Source: Chiloscyllium plagiosum (Eukaryota). From it: a DNA stretch of 64,000 nucleotides. A program made the translations under genes and the position numbers. Positions within the stretch are counted from its first letter, which is position 1. Each line of letters starts with the position of its first letter. Below the pieces are notes generated by a model, which saw only the letters and a program-made list of their open reading frames with translations, had not been told where the DNA came from and made no database searches. Below are positions 48,932-62,269 of this stretch, in pieces. Where the stretch lies: positions 78,152,359 through 78,216,358 of the forward strand of contig NC_057719.1 of assembly GCF_004010195.1 (NCBI RefSeq), in the 5' to 3' direction.

Positions 48932-49429
48932 GAATCATAGAGATGTACAGCACGGAAACAGGCCCTTCGGTCCAACTCGTCCATGCCGACCAGATATCCC
49001 AACCTAATCTAGTCCAATTTGCAAACACCGATTTGCAATCCCTCCATACCCTTCCTATTCATATACCCATCCAGATGACCTTTAAATGCTGTAATTGTAC
49101 CAGCCTCCACCACTTCCTCTGGCATTTCATTCCATACACACACCACCCTCTGTGTGAAAAAGTTGCTCTTAAGTCCCTTTTATATCTTTTCCCTCTCACC
49201 CTAAACCTATGCCCTCTAGTTCTGGACTCCCCCACCTCAGGGAAAATACCTTGTCTATTTATCCTATCCATGCCCATCATGATTGTATAAACCTCAATAA
49301 GGTCACCCCTCAGCCTCTGACGCTCCAGGGAAAACAGCCCCAGCCTATTCAGCCTTCCCCATAGCTCAAATCCTCCAACCCTGGCATCTTCATTGTAAAT
49401 CTTTTCTGAACCCTTTCAAATTTCACAAC
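48932..49429 (-). mobile_element. CR1/HER1 3' end
   Basis: ORF 49059-49280 (ESRTRGHRFRVRG); tail gaatcatagagatgtacagcac. Confidence 0.9.
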
Positions 49430-49793
49430 TTGAAATGTTAGCTCAGTTTCTGTCCCCACAAATGCTGCCAGAACTGCTGAGTTTCTATAAAAAAAATTGT
49501 TTGTTGTGCTCTGACTTTCATGTTATGAATGCTCAATATTTGTTTTCCATGCATGGGGTGATGAGGTGAAATTAGATAATAATGAGGTTGATAATGAGCG
49601 ATAATTCCGTCTTGATGTCCTCGACTTGGTTGAAAAATTTTGAAAAAACATCACTGGACTCTAAACATTAACCCTGCTTTCTCTCCACAGGTGGTGCCAG
49701 GCCTACTGGGTTTCTCCAGCCAATTTTGTTTTCATTTGAGAAAAATGTCACTTTTCGGTCTCAACATCGAGTATAGCCTCACTCGACATCTCA

Positions 49794-50355
49794 GACTCAA
49801 AAACAGACGTTGCTGGAAAAGCACAGCAGGTCTGGCAGTATCTGTGGAGACAAATCAGAGTTAATGTTTTGGGTGGACTGACCCTTTCTCAGAACTGTTG
49901 GTAGCTAAGAAAATGTCAGTTTATATGCAGAAGATAGAGCGTGGAGAACGGTAAGGAGTAAACGATAGGTGGGTGTAGAGCCCAAAGAGAGAGAAGAGCA
50001 GTTGGACAGACAAAGGAGTGGATAACGATCTGGCTAAGAGGGTGAATAGCTATTAATGGGGTCTGTTAACGACTAACAGTATGTAGTGTAATGCCAGACT
50101 ATGTGATAACGAGGCCTGGTTTTGTGGGTGTTGGGGTAAGGACATGGGAGAGCTCAAGCCCCAAAGGTATTGAACTCGATATATTGAGTCTGGAAGGCTG
50201 CAGGATCCCCAGGCAGAAAATGAGGTGTTATCCTTCCAGCTTGCGTTGAGCTTTGCTAGAGCACTGCAGCAAGCCTGAGACAGAGATATTGGCCAGGGAA
50301 CAGGGGTAGTGCGTTAACGTGGCAGGCAACTGGAAGCTCGGGTCATTTTTGCAGG
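49794..50355 (-). mobile_element. Penelope 3' fragment (GIY-YIG C-terminus plus terminal repeat with degenerate hammerhead); 14-bp TSD with one mismatch
   Basis: Antisense GLLQCSSKAQRKLEG*HLIFCLG; cactcRacatctca at 49780-49793 and 50356-50369. Confidence 0.8.
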
Positions 50356-50439
50356 CACTCAACATCTCACCAGATTGTCACAAATTTCTCAGCAGACTCC
50401 AAACTCAGATTTGAGAAGATTTCACCCATTGTCAATAAA

Positions 50440-52050
50440 GTTTAGGAAATGGTAGACACATTGAATATTTTAACTTAATCATATTTTGCTGAAGATCCCA
50501 AGGAAGCTAAAATTGAATCAGGAGCAGGGACTCACCACGAGAAGCATAAGCAAAACAACAGCAGTGAAGAAAATAAAGGCACTAAATAATAACAAATCCA
50601 CAGGGCCAGACAGCTCCTGTAGAAAGATTTTAAAGATAGGCAGCAAGAATATTCCAGATGCTGCGACTATGCTCATCCAAAAGTTCTCTTGTTTTGGGAA
50701 TCATTGAGTTTGGAAAATTGTGCATGTTACTTTGTTATTTCAGCAAGGGGAAATGGGGGGGGGGCAAGGAATGATTGAGCAGATAACCTGACACTGGCTA
50801 TTAAGAAACCATTGTGTCTGTAATTAAAGACAGGGTAATTGAATACCAGTGAAAATTTGCGATGGATCTGAGACAGGTGGCATAGATTTATAAAGTGTGG
50901 TTCTGGATTAGTGGTGCTGGAAGAGCACAGCAGTTCAGGCAGCATCCAAGGAGCTTCGAAATCGACGTTTCGGGCAAAAGCCCTTCAACAGGAATATAAA
51001 GTGTGGGTCATGCCTGATTAACTGGAGTGAATTTTCTGAAGAGTTACCTAAAGTGGTCAAAGATGTTATTTATATGGACTTCCAGAAGTTATTTCAAAAG
51101 TCCCTCAGAAGAGACCGTTCTTTAAATCTGAAATCCATGGAATTGAAAGCAAATTATTGACTAAGCAGAAGAAGACAGTCAGGATAAGTACGGAGGTACA
51201 CTAATTGGTAGGATATGAATCATGGATGTCCAACAAGGATTGATGTTGGAAACTCAAGTGTTTACCTTCTTTACTGCTGACTTAGATGATAGGGTAGAAA
51301 GCCACATATTCAAATTTTCCATGGACAGCGAGGTAGGTGGCATTGAAAGTTATTAAAGTGGAAGCATAAATTTGTAAACCCATTGTAAACTGTGGCAAAT
51401 GATTTCAAAATAGAGAAGTTTGAACCAGTAAAGGATAGGGCTAGGGCACTTTCTAACTGGCGCAAAGCTAGAAACTGGAAATCCAAAGAGACTTGTGCAT
51501 TCAGGCATTTGGATCATTAAAATGTACAGAAAATTATCAAAAAGATAAATGGAATGCTACCTTTTATATCTAGATGACTAAAATACAAGGGGATTGAAGT
51601 CATGGTTCAGCAATACAAAGCAGTCATCAGACTACACCATGAGTACTGTCAACAGATATATGGATACCACACCTTTGGAAGGCTACACTGGCAATGGAAG
51701 GAGTGTCGTATTGATTTACTAGAAGCACTTTGCAGATTTAATAGTTCAGTAGATTGAGTAGATTTACTAGAAGGTCAGCAAGAGTTAATTTATGAGCAGA
51801 GATTACCCAAAATGGAATTATATTCCTTGGAAAGTCAGGAAGTTAATGAGGGATTTGGTCTAAGTTTTGGAGATGACAGCCACCACAAATCTATTAGGTA
51901 TAAACTGGTCAGCACAGTATGGAGAGAGAAAGAGAGAGAGAGAGATTTATGATTCAAATGTGTTAAGGCATATAGAGGTAGCTCACAAGATCAACCATAA
52001 TCTTACTGAATGACAGAACAGGTTTGAACAGCTAACTGACTCCATGTTTC
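50440..52050 (+). mobile_element. Old CR1 RT and 3' fragment
   Basis: KSTGPD, YMDFQK, KFSMD and GLK-like relics; many stops. Confidence 0.7.
50901..50994 (-). mobile_element. Penelope terminal fragment with a mutated hammerhead core; 12-bp TSD
   Basis: Minus strand ttcctgttgaagggcttttgcccgaaacgtcga; tataaagtgtgg at 50889-50900 and 50995-51006. Confidence 0.85.
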
Positions 52051-52164
52051 TCCCAGCCTTGACTAACTGAGATTGTTATTGGGTACATGATGGGTTTCTG
52101 GTGACCTTAATTGTATTTGAGGCTATTGGTGCAATTAGCAGCATATGGAGTTTGAAGATGTACT

Positions 52165-52410
52165 CAGTGATCTTGACTGTTCATGTGAGACTTTTCTTGT
52201 GGTACTGCATTTGAGTGCTTGGGACTTAAACTCCTCACATTGAACTCTAAGGCTCTTTGTACTCAGTACTTTCTCATTGTGTGTCTGCATGGTTTCCTGC
52301 CCCTTGAACATGCAAGATGTATCTCCTCCTTTCTATCTCTTCCATCAAGACCTGCAGTGCAACATCCAAAGTTTTGAGTGCCTGTGCTCTCTTGCTGTCA
52401 GGCATTCTCC
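52165..52410 (-). pseudogene. Myb/SANT-like (trihelix) domain remnant, probably from a PIF/Harbinger transposon
   Basis: KRAQALKTLDVALQVLMEEIERRRYIL ... ALEFNVRSLSP ... (frameshift) MQYHKKSLT*TVK resembles RAPRFSDxxLEVLVEEVxRRRxVL...VNA...QCRKKFNDL. Confidence 0.55.
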
Positions 52411-53871
52411 ACTCTCTTTTACTGGTTACATTTAGTTGCAAAATGATCCCAGCACCTGCTTGAGTCACAATACACCTCTCCTTCAAGATTTGCAGGAATT
52501 AGGTCCCCTGCAAATTAGTACAGACAAGCTACAGGGTACAGCAATCACAATGAGTAGGCAGTATATGAAGTTGGTGTGCAAAATTGCATCAAACATACAC
52601 ACAATTTAACATTGAGGTACCCATATTGGTTTTCAGTGGTTCACCATTTTCATCCTATGAATGGTGCAGAGATCAGATCTCTGTAAATTGCTGCCAGTGA
52701 TGCTTATCCATGTATTACAAGTTTCAAGTAATACAAGTGTCTTATTTACACCTTTATTTAGGAACAGTTGTGTTTCCAGTTTATCTTGTGCATTCTTTGA
52801 CACTAGTATAGGAATTTTTTAAAAATCCATGTTATAATGCAGCTAGTGCCAAGCTTACATTATTTCATCAAACACACATTCTGAAACCTAACCTAAGGTA
52901 AAATCCCCAGAGCAGTGCTGCAGATCTTGTTTGATTCATGACGTTTACCCTTCTTGTGGTAGAGAATCTGAGACAAGCTGGTAATGGTAGATAAGGCACT
53001 GCAGGAAATATTGTCCTGCAACATCTTTAAAAAAAAAGTTTGAAAAAAACACAAACATCGTTGACAAACAAGCAATTTACGAAATATTCCAATTTGCTAA
53101 AAAAGAGTATTGAGTATATGGTGACTGTGTCAGCCCAGCCTGTGTCTCACAACGGAATGAAGAATGTAATAAAAATTATATAAACACTGATAATAATGCT
53201 AAGCTTTTCTCAGTTTTTTATGTTAATTTGGGAGGCTTCTTGGGGCATTTTCTTTCTCAACAGCACTTTATGAATTGGATTTCAGTACCTTCTAAACATC
53301 AGTATTTTTTCAGTAATTCCATTTGTGGAATTGCATGCCTTTGACAATTAATAATTACCGTAACCACTTACTGGACTGACTGACACATGTCTTGTGTTAC
53401 TAGAGTACAGAGTGCAATGTAGTTATATTCAATCAATTAGATCCATAAAGCAGTAACATTTGGTAAACTTGGTAAATTACTAAAAATAGGAAATAAAATT
53501 TGTAAAAAAAATCCAGAATTGCCAGTTATCCAATGATGTAAAGAATTGAATAGCATGCATATCACAACTAGGATTTCATAATTCCTGCACACATGCAGCA
53601 TCTTCCTTCTAAATAGTTTATTTTACTCTGATCAGGCTTCGGATGAATATTACATTCATAAATTAAGTGCTACCAATTCACACACACACACAAAGCCGCC
53701 CTTTTAAAACACCTACTGTTAAGAAAAACAAAAAGAATGTAAAATTATTCCACAGTTCCTTCATTTTGAAGTCAAGATCTTGGAACTTTCTACCTAACAC
53801 CATTGTGAGAGTAACAGTGTGAGCTGCCTGGAGAACTGTGTGTCAGAGGCTCCAACATTGTGAAGAATCAT

Positions 53872-54868
53872 AGAAGGGCAGTAGATGTGATCTATATGGA
53901 CTTCAGTAAGGCATTCAACAAGGTTCCCCATGGGAGACTGATTAGCAAGGTTAGATCTCATGGAATACAGGGAGAACTAGCCATTTGGATACACAACTGG
54001 CTCAAAGGTAGAAGACAGAAGGTGGTGGTGGAGGGTTATTTTTCAGACTGGAGGCCTGTGGCCAGTGGAGTGCCACAAGGATCGATGCTGGGCCCTCTAC
54101 TTTTTGTCATTTACATAAATGATTTGGANNNNNNNNNNNNNNNNNNNNNNNNNNNNNNNNNNNNNNNNNNNNNNNNNNNNNNNNNNNNNNNNNNNNNNNN
54201 NNNNNNNNNNNNNNNNNNNNNNNNNNNNNNNNNNNNNNNNNNNNNNNNNNNNNNNNNNNNNNNNNNNNNNNNNNNNNNNNNNNNNNNNNNNNNNNNNNNN
54301 NNNNNNNNNNNNNNNNNNNNNNNTTGGAATATTGCGTGAAATTCTGGTCTCCTTCCTATCGGAAAGATGTTGTGAAACTTGAAAAGGGTCGGAAAAGATT
54401 TACAAGGATGTTGCCAGGGTTGGAGGATCTGAGCTACAGGGAGAGGCTGAACAGGCTGGGACTGTTTTCCCTGGAGCGTCAGAGGCTGAGGGGTGACCTT
54501 ATAGAGATTTACAAAATTATGAGGGGCACAGATAGGATAAGTAGACAAAATCTTTTCCCTGGAGTCGGGGAGTCCAGAGGGCATAGGTTTAAGGTGAGAG
54601 GGGAAAGATATAAAAGAGACCTAAGGGGCAACTTTTTCACGCAGAGGGTGGTACATGTATGGAATGAGCTGCCAGAGAATGTGGTGGAGGCTGGTACAAT
54701 TGCAGCATTTAAAAGGTATTTGGATGGGTATATGAATAGGAAGGGTTTGGAGGGATATGGGCCGGGTGCTGGCAGGTGGGACTAGATTGGGTTGGGATAT
54801 CTGGTCGGCATGGACGGGTTGGACCGAAGGGTTTGTTTCCATGCTGTACATCTCTATGACTCTATGAC
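53872..54868 (+). mobile_element. Young CR1/HER1 RT C-terminus and 3' end (spans a gap)
   Basis: ORFs 53860-54339 ([22 protein letters not shown]) and 54324-54785 (open to the natural stop); tail (ctatgact)n. Confidence 0.95.
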
Positions 54869-56988
54869 TAAGTACAGAAACTCCAACCACCCCATGGATT
54901 CTGAAACCCGAGTTCAATTCCTGCAGCTGGCAGAACCTTCTGTCTAGGCATCATGGAGCTGACTACTTTTTCTTTAGTCAATGGAATTGGCTCATCTTTC
55001 ATGTGAGGTCCAAATACAAATTGGAGCTACTTTCCTCAGTGCTCTGAGCCAGTGTGTGTAAGCTTATTGGCAGGCTGGTTGGTACATCAAGTTTTCCCTG
55101 GTAGAATCTGTCAGTTATCTTCAGTAGACTGGGTCTTTTAAGCCAACATCTGAATCCTCTGACTACAGAACTAATGGGATCTTCACTGTTTTATGTCATA
55201 CTGGTACTTGCATATTGAGATACTAATCTAGAGTATCTTTAGATTCGTCAGTCCCTCAGGCTGCCTGCTCTTTATTACATAAGGCTCTTCAACTAATGTA
55301 CTGTGACAACTGTAAATAAAAGCTGTACAAACACAGCCCACTGGCATAGTGTCTAAGACCTCTCTCTTCACAGATGCATGCAAGGTGCTGGAAAAGGTTG
55401 TGTAAAGTGTTCTGTAACATTGCCCCTCCCATGAGACCTACAATATCCGAAACCTACTTATCAAGTGGGGAGAAGACGTGTAGATTTCTTGCCTCCTGAC
55501 TCACGCTTTGTGTGACCCGTGGTGTGTAATGTGGGAAAATGGAATTTGCAATAGGGTGGAGAGGAGAAAGAGCAGAAATTGTGGGAAAGTGTGCAATGTT
55601 GTGAGATGTGTGGTTCAAGGTGTAAGGAGAGAGTCCCTTGGATAGGATTCCTATATTGACAGTATTGCTGAGCTCATTAAACGACATTCAGCATAAAGTC
55701 AGACAGTCACCTTCCAGGATAATGGTTCAACTGAGATTTGGCACAACATTATTTTGCTTCTTTAAGGTATGTTGGGGAACCAGGTATGCAACTGAGAAAA
55801 TAAAACAAAGATTGAATGTACTTGATCCAATTTCAGAACAAGCTATTCATAATAGTTTCTATTCTTCACGTCTGAATTCTGGACCGGCCATGATGCGTAA
55901 CACCATTGGGACATTAATCATTACTGGGAACTATTGCTCGTGCTGCCAAAGGTTCAATTTAGTGGCAAGAAAGGTGAGAAAATTTAAGTTCACATTAAAA
56001 CTACTGGGCTGACATCAGGATTTATTCTGTGTTTGCACTTCTTTAATATACGAATTGTTCTGCTAGATGGTGTCAAAGAGTGTTTTCCTGTCTAAATGGT
56101 GTATTTTAATCTTTTTGCATTATTTTTCTCCAGTGACAATTAAGTGAAGGGAAGAAGCTCTCAGGACACTATATATCGGGTCCAACACATTTTTGATTTC
56201 AGTAATTTCGGACATTAGTTCTAATCTTCACATTTATATCTGTTATTAATTCATGCCTGACGCTGGGTTTTCTACATTTTACCATCTCATTTTGTTAGAC
56301 TTATTACTTTCTTTAGCTTTTTTTTTGGTATATTGTCTGTTCTTCCTCATCACTTTTATTTGTTCAATACTTCAGTCTGTCACCCATTTGGGAAATGAAT
56401 GGTACATTATCCAAACCTGCCTGCATTTTATTATTCAGTTTACTATTCAAATAGAGACTGTTCTGAATGCCTCACACTATCGTTACTTCCACTCATGTTC
56501 CACAGAGAAAATTCAAGGCTTCAGCCGTCTGATCACCATATTGTGCGGGCTGCCACCCGAATATTCTGAATGTGGGAGAATCTTGAGGATAACACTGCCT
56601 AGTGTGTGCGAGAGTGGAGCACTTTCCAATCTAATGTGGGGTGTAAAGGTTCAAGGTTTTGGAGGTGGGGTAGGATTTCCCACACAACTCTTTCTTCAGT
56701 CCATTACGCACAGTAAAATGCCAAGTGTTATGGGCAGGAAGTTCTGGAGCCCAGCAAGACCATCCTAGTGCCAACATCAAGATGGTGTTTTTAAAAAGCA
56801 CCCGGACAGCACTTCACTCTCTGCAATGCAGGAGCTTCATTCAACATCAGTTCATCGCTCCCATCACCCCCTTTGGAGTTGTCCCTTGTATATAGTCACA
56901 TTCTTTAAAGCCTACTAAATTATTCAACTCACCTGATTGTAGATCTGACCTTACACCAGGTAGCAGAGTTGAGGAGGTTCTTCAGGTA

Positions 56989-57621
56989 CAGGTAGTACTC
57001 CTATAACGCGGTAATTGTGTTCCTATTCAACACCGTGTTGTAGAAAATCACGCAATAGAAATAATGGGGCCTATGGGAAAAACAGGGTTAGGAGTGAACT
57101 TCCAAAAATACCAGTAAAAATCAAAACAAAAATAATAGCCTAACACAAACGATAGCATGGTCTAAATAAATCCTTAAATCATATATTATAGTGAAACAGT
57201 ACAGTAAATTTAGCACTTTAACACTAAAATCACTAACTACAGCACTGTACCTTTCATGAAGCTCTTCACCAGAAAGCGCGCGAGCCGACTGACTATGTGA
57301 TGCCGACAAGGAAGTCCAGTCCTCCTCAAGATACCCCCAACACCCCATCCTGGTTTGAAATTAAGTTCCTTTTAAATGTAGACACCAATTCCCAGTTTCA
57401 AGCTCAGTTTCAAGGCTTGCAGAGCTGATTGCACCCCTGTTTTAGCTGAACACACTGAATTTGCATTTTGCAGACGGAGGATCGTGAGGCTGTGTTTGGT
57501 TGTTCAGGAAAGTGCAGGGGATGGAATCGCGTAACTGCGAACGGGGAGTTTGCCCTATTAAAAAAAAGGTCCACAATTCACAAATTGCGTTTAATAAACG
57601 CGCTTTATAGGAGAACAACTG
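56989..57621. mobile_element. Tigger/pogo-like non-autonomous DNA transposon (MITE) with TA target duplication
   Basis: TA|CAGGTAGTACTCCTATAACGCG ... CGCTTTATAGGAGAACAACTG|TA: imperfect terminal inverted repeats of about 22 bp beginning CAG. Confidence 0.75.
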
Positions 57622-58844
57622 TATATGCCTCATTTGGTGATCAGTGTCCTGTGGAACTTGGGTTGGTTGTGTCCTGTTGCTGGCTGGGAATCAGGCTAAC
57701 TGCTTGAAGAAAAGGGTGTGAGATTCTATCAGAGAGGATTCAGAGTTTTGAAAGATTGAGTGGCTGAAATTATTCTTATGTATGCTGAGTCAATCCATGA
57801 GGGCTGCATTTGATGTATCTGCTATTTAGTGTTTCAAATTGACCTGTTCATACATGTTTAATCGACGTTGAATTTGGTTTTAAAAAAATTTAAGAATTGA
57901 AATCTTAACCAGCGGTTTATCCTGTTGGATAAATTCCATTCTTTTGGGTTCTCCTCGAGGTGCATACAAAGATCTAGAGTCACTTGTACATTGGAAAACA
58001 TAAATTACCAATGACACAACGAACATTAAAAAGCTAATTGTTGTAATAATCAGCTTTCATGACTCCAGTTCACAACTTTCAATAATGAGACTGAAACTCT
58101 CAACATTTGGGTCACTTGACCTCTTCCTTGAAGAAGAATCACTCTGGATGATGAGCATTTTGGTGCTCAGTTCCAAGACCAATGCTTAAGACTTCCTGGC
58201 CAGCTTACAAAAGCAATGAAAACAGTGATAAAATTGCCAACACCATGGATAACAACAGCCTTTTTTCCATTTTCTGTGAATATCTTTGGCCTCATGGGGA
58301 TTAGATATAACATTATAGATGTTAGGGAGGAAGCAATATGGCTGGGATTTAATCAGAGTGTTTTAAATCGCATTATTATCCACAGGAGTGAATCTGAAAT
58401 TGTTTCTGGATGTTATATGAAACTCAACATTAAATTATATCCTTATTCACATGATCTATTGTCTTATATTTCTGTAGTAGATAAGGACATCTGACATTAT
58501 TTAGACCAGACTGTAATATCTTGCTTAGCACTTTCCTCACAACTTCTTTTACCGGTTTCACTATCATTCACTTGATCTTTACTTCAGATTATCGAACGCT
58601 CCACTGGAATCAATGGTTTCACTGCTAATGGAGCTAGGTGCACGTAAATCAGCTTATTAGAGTTAAGTAGGAAAGAAGATTTGTTTGATTATCAATCAGA
58701 TATATGCAGAAGGTTAGCTCCACAAATTAAAGGGAAAATACACTGAGGCTGCAATCCCAAGTAACAGCCTTCCTAAGGAGGAACACAAGGTCAAAAAATG
58801 GTTGTTGTAGGCCTATATCTGACTGATACCTCGCTTATCATAGA

Positions 58845-59035
58845 AATTATAAAATCTCCACAGAGTGTGAAAGCAGGCCATCAAATCCATTCCAATCCTC
58901 CAATCAGCATCCCACCCAGCCACACCCCCACCCCATTCCCATAATCCTGCATTTCCCATGAAGACAGTCACCCCTGGTGGAATCGAACTAGAGTCTCTCG
59001 CACTGTGAGGCAGCTGTGCTAACCACTGAGCCAGC
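58845..59035 (-). mobile_element. HE1-like SINE, internally deleted
   Basis: cagcatcccaccc ... cactgtgaggcagctgtgctaaccactgagcca. Confidence 0.7.
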
Positions 59036-62000
59036 TCTGATCCAGAAGTACCACTTCACTCAAATTTCCTTTAAAAGAAGTCTCTTCTCACAGCACATGG
59101 GAGAAATGACTTTTGATGGACTCAGTGCATCTTATTATTTCTTTAATCGAGAAACCAGGACATATGTCTAAAGCCCACAGAGAGACATAACCACATTGAA
59201 AGAATAGAAGAGCCTCATATGTTTGTACTAGGCATTGAAAGTCATTAGGTTTGCAAGTAATAAAATTATGATGGAATTGCAAGTTTTAATGGGTTATCTT
59301 AAATTTGTAATCTTGCTACATCAACTTGTCTTCTGAGCTGACAAATAATTTCCTGTCGGTATGCCACCTGTAACTTTAATGATTTTTTGAGCGCTATAAT
59401 TCCTAACCTTATCATGGATTTTTCGTAGTGCTGTTCAGTTTAGTTTTATAATATGATTTTGGATTATAATAGAGTCTATAGGGTCTCACAATTTGAATTG
59501 AAAGCTGTTAAATCCATTGAGAATCAAACATCATTTGCTGCTTTCTAAATCCTCCCCTTTAAATTTTAATATTTTTAAATATTCGTTCTGTATTCTACAG
59601 CAGCATTTTCAGGGTGAAGGATGTCGAATGATGACAGGAAAACCATTGTGATTGTATTCTTGAGCAAGACTGGCTATGGTTAGTGATTAGTAACATGGAC
59701 TGGACAGATTACTTTCACAATAGTTGCAGATTGTTTTTAATATTATGTTGTTAGTATATGTTTCATGCTGCAAATGTTAATTTATCAATGGAACTCGGTA
59801 CACCAGGGAAACAAGAGCAAGTGACAAGATTAAAACTGAATCTTTTGGTCTGACATTATGATTTGGGGTACAAGTGTTTAACGTGGTCTGCTGAAATTTC
59901 CCTTTCTGCTGTGTTAACCCATCTTCAACTCATCCTATAACTCATTACATAAACAAATTAAACATTTGCCCCCCAGTATTCTACATAAATTCAGGGATAT
60001 TGTGCTGTAAAATAGCACATTTTCATCTCTAAATATCAGTCCCAAAGCTAATTTCTTGGAACTCGGCTGATACTGACCTTCACTGAATGAATGTAATTAT
60101 TAACTAAAAGGAAACATTATACTCTTAGAAAACAAATAACAGTAAAATGGCAGATGAACGTTATTATCTGTACTGGCATCAGGCAATGGAAGTGAACTTC
60201 ACTTCCACAACCAGCAGTCTGAGAGAAAATATTACTGCCCTCAAATAACACAGCATATTCTTCAATTAATGGAGTTAAAAGAGTGTAAATGCCACAGATT
60301 TAATAACTAATCCGTTGATTTTATACACATTATATAAAAATCCTGTTAATCTTGTTTCATAGATCTATACAATTTCTGCAGCTGTGACCATTAATGTGCA
60401 CTCACCCACTTTACTGTTGTCGAGCTGTCCTTGGTTCCAAGCTTGACTACCACTTTACCACCAAGCCCTCAGTTCCCTCCTCCTTCGTGCATAAACTCCA
60501 TCTTTCCAGTTTTCAGCAAGCAGGCCTCCAGTCTCACGCACCTTCACAGTCAAACACCAAGTGAGTGACCTCTCTTTACTCTCTAGCGTAAACCAGTCCT
60601 GAGACTGCCACCTTCCCCCGTAGAGGCATAACAGATTCTTGTTCATCCCTTCATTCACACTACAGAATGCTAACAGGACAATACACACCCAAATCCCAGT
60701 GCCAAAGCTAGATGAAACCATTTAGAGGAATATTGAATTTGAATTTAGAATTTATGGTCATATGTACTTTTACAAGAAAAATACAATGAGAAGTGTTCTA
60801 CCTCGCCCTACCATGGCACCTATATTAATATTGTTGGATACATATAAAAGATACAAGTACTCTCGATATGTGAGCTACCACCACAAAGTCTTTGACTTCC
60901 CTCAGTGTGTCATGCTTCAGGTGGCTCCACTTAAGATGGAGACTGAGATCTTTATACTCTCAGGTCACATGCTATGGTGCTTATATCATGACCATATGAG
61001 CAGTGACACAACATAATGATTAACATATTTTAATGCCGTAAACAGTAATGGCATCCTTGAGATGCTGTGGATAATTGGCAGCAGCGGTATGATACTCCAA
61101 CATAATCTGCAACCTCATGGACTGGCATACAGCCCATTCCTAAAATGATCATCAGCCAGCAAGTCAACTCTGGTTCAACGAAGCATGCAGGAGGGCATGC
61201 CAGGAGGAGCACCGGACATACCCAAAAGTGAGGTGTCAAACTGGCGAAGCTACTTGCATATCAAACAGCAAAAGCAGCAAGGATATTCAGAGCAAAATGA
61301 TTCCACAAACAATGGATCAGATCTAATTTTTGCAGTCCTGACACATGGTGGTGGACCCTAAACAATTCACTGGGAGAGGAAGCTCCACAATATCCCATCC
61401 TCAGTGATGGGGGGGAAGCAGCATATCAGTGCAAGGGATAGCACCACCCTCACAACTATCTTCGGCCAGAAGTGCCGAATGAATGATCTGTCTCCTCCTC
61501 CTCCAGTGGCACCCAGTCTTCAGCCAATTTGATTCACTCCATGTGACATAATGATTGGAGGCATTGGATACTGGAGCCTTACAACATTCCAGCAATAGTA
61601 CTGAAGACTTGTGCTCCAAAACTCCTCTGCATCCCTAGCCACGTTGTTCGTAGGTACAGCACAATGTGGAAAATTGTCCAGGTGCAAACTGTACACAAAA
61701 GCAGGACAAATCCAACCCAGCCAATTACTGCCCCCAACGGTCTACTTGTGATCGTAGAAGGTTGTCAAGAAAACTGCTATCAAGTGGCTTAGCAATAATC
61801 TGCTAAATAATGCTCAGTTTGGATTCTGCCAAGGCCACTCAGCTCTTAACCTCACTATGTCCAACATGGATAAAGGAGCTGAATTCCTCAGGTGAGGTGA
61901 GAGCGATACCCCTTGACATCAGGGCTGCATTTGACTGAATGTGAAAAAGGAACCCTCACAAAGTGGAGCGAATGAGAATCAGGGGGAAACCTCTGCTGGT

Positions 62001-62269
62001 TAGTCATGTCTGGTTGGAGGTAGTCATCTCAGCTCTGGGACATCTTTGCAGGAGTTCCTCAGGGTGGTATCCTAGTCCAAATATCTTCAGCTGCTTCATG
62101 AATGAACTTCCCTCCATCATAAGGTCAGAAGTTAGAATGTTCTCTGATTGCACAATGTTCAGCACTATTCACGACTCCTCAGATACTGAATCAGCCCATG
62201 TCCAAATGCAGAAAGAACTGGACAAGTGACAAGTAACGATCACACCGCCCAAATACCAGACAATGACCA

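Larger units (their letters stand above)
48045..49505 (+). mobile_element. Old Penelope 3' fragment interrupted by a SINE and a CR1
   Basis: HFNKPPCSHANTSALGLL*CS...LIFHLSTLPPLGLNIEF (about 48110-48245); terminal repeat resumes at about 49430 (gaaatgttagctcagtttct...tgctgccaga). Confidence 0.65.

Noticed and set aside
48661..49290. 209-aa ORF
   Set aside because: Read-through of a Penelope 3' UTR into the antisense strand of a CR1 3' end.
56253..56768. 171-aa ORF with a hydrophobic N-terminus
   Set aside because: The hydrophobicity reflects T-rich sequence; no recognisable domain or splice structure.
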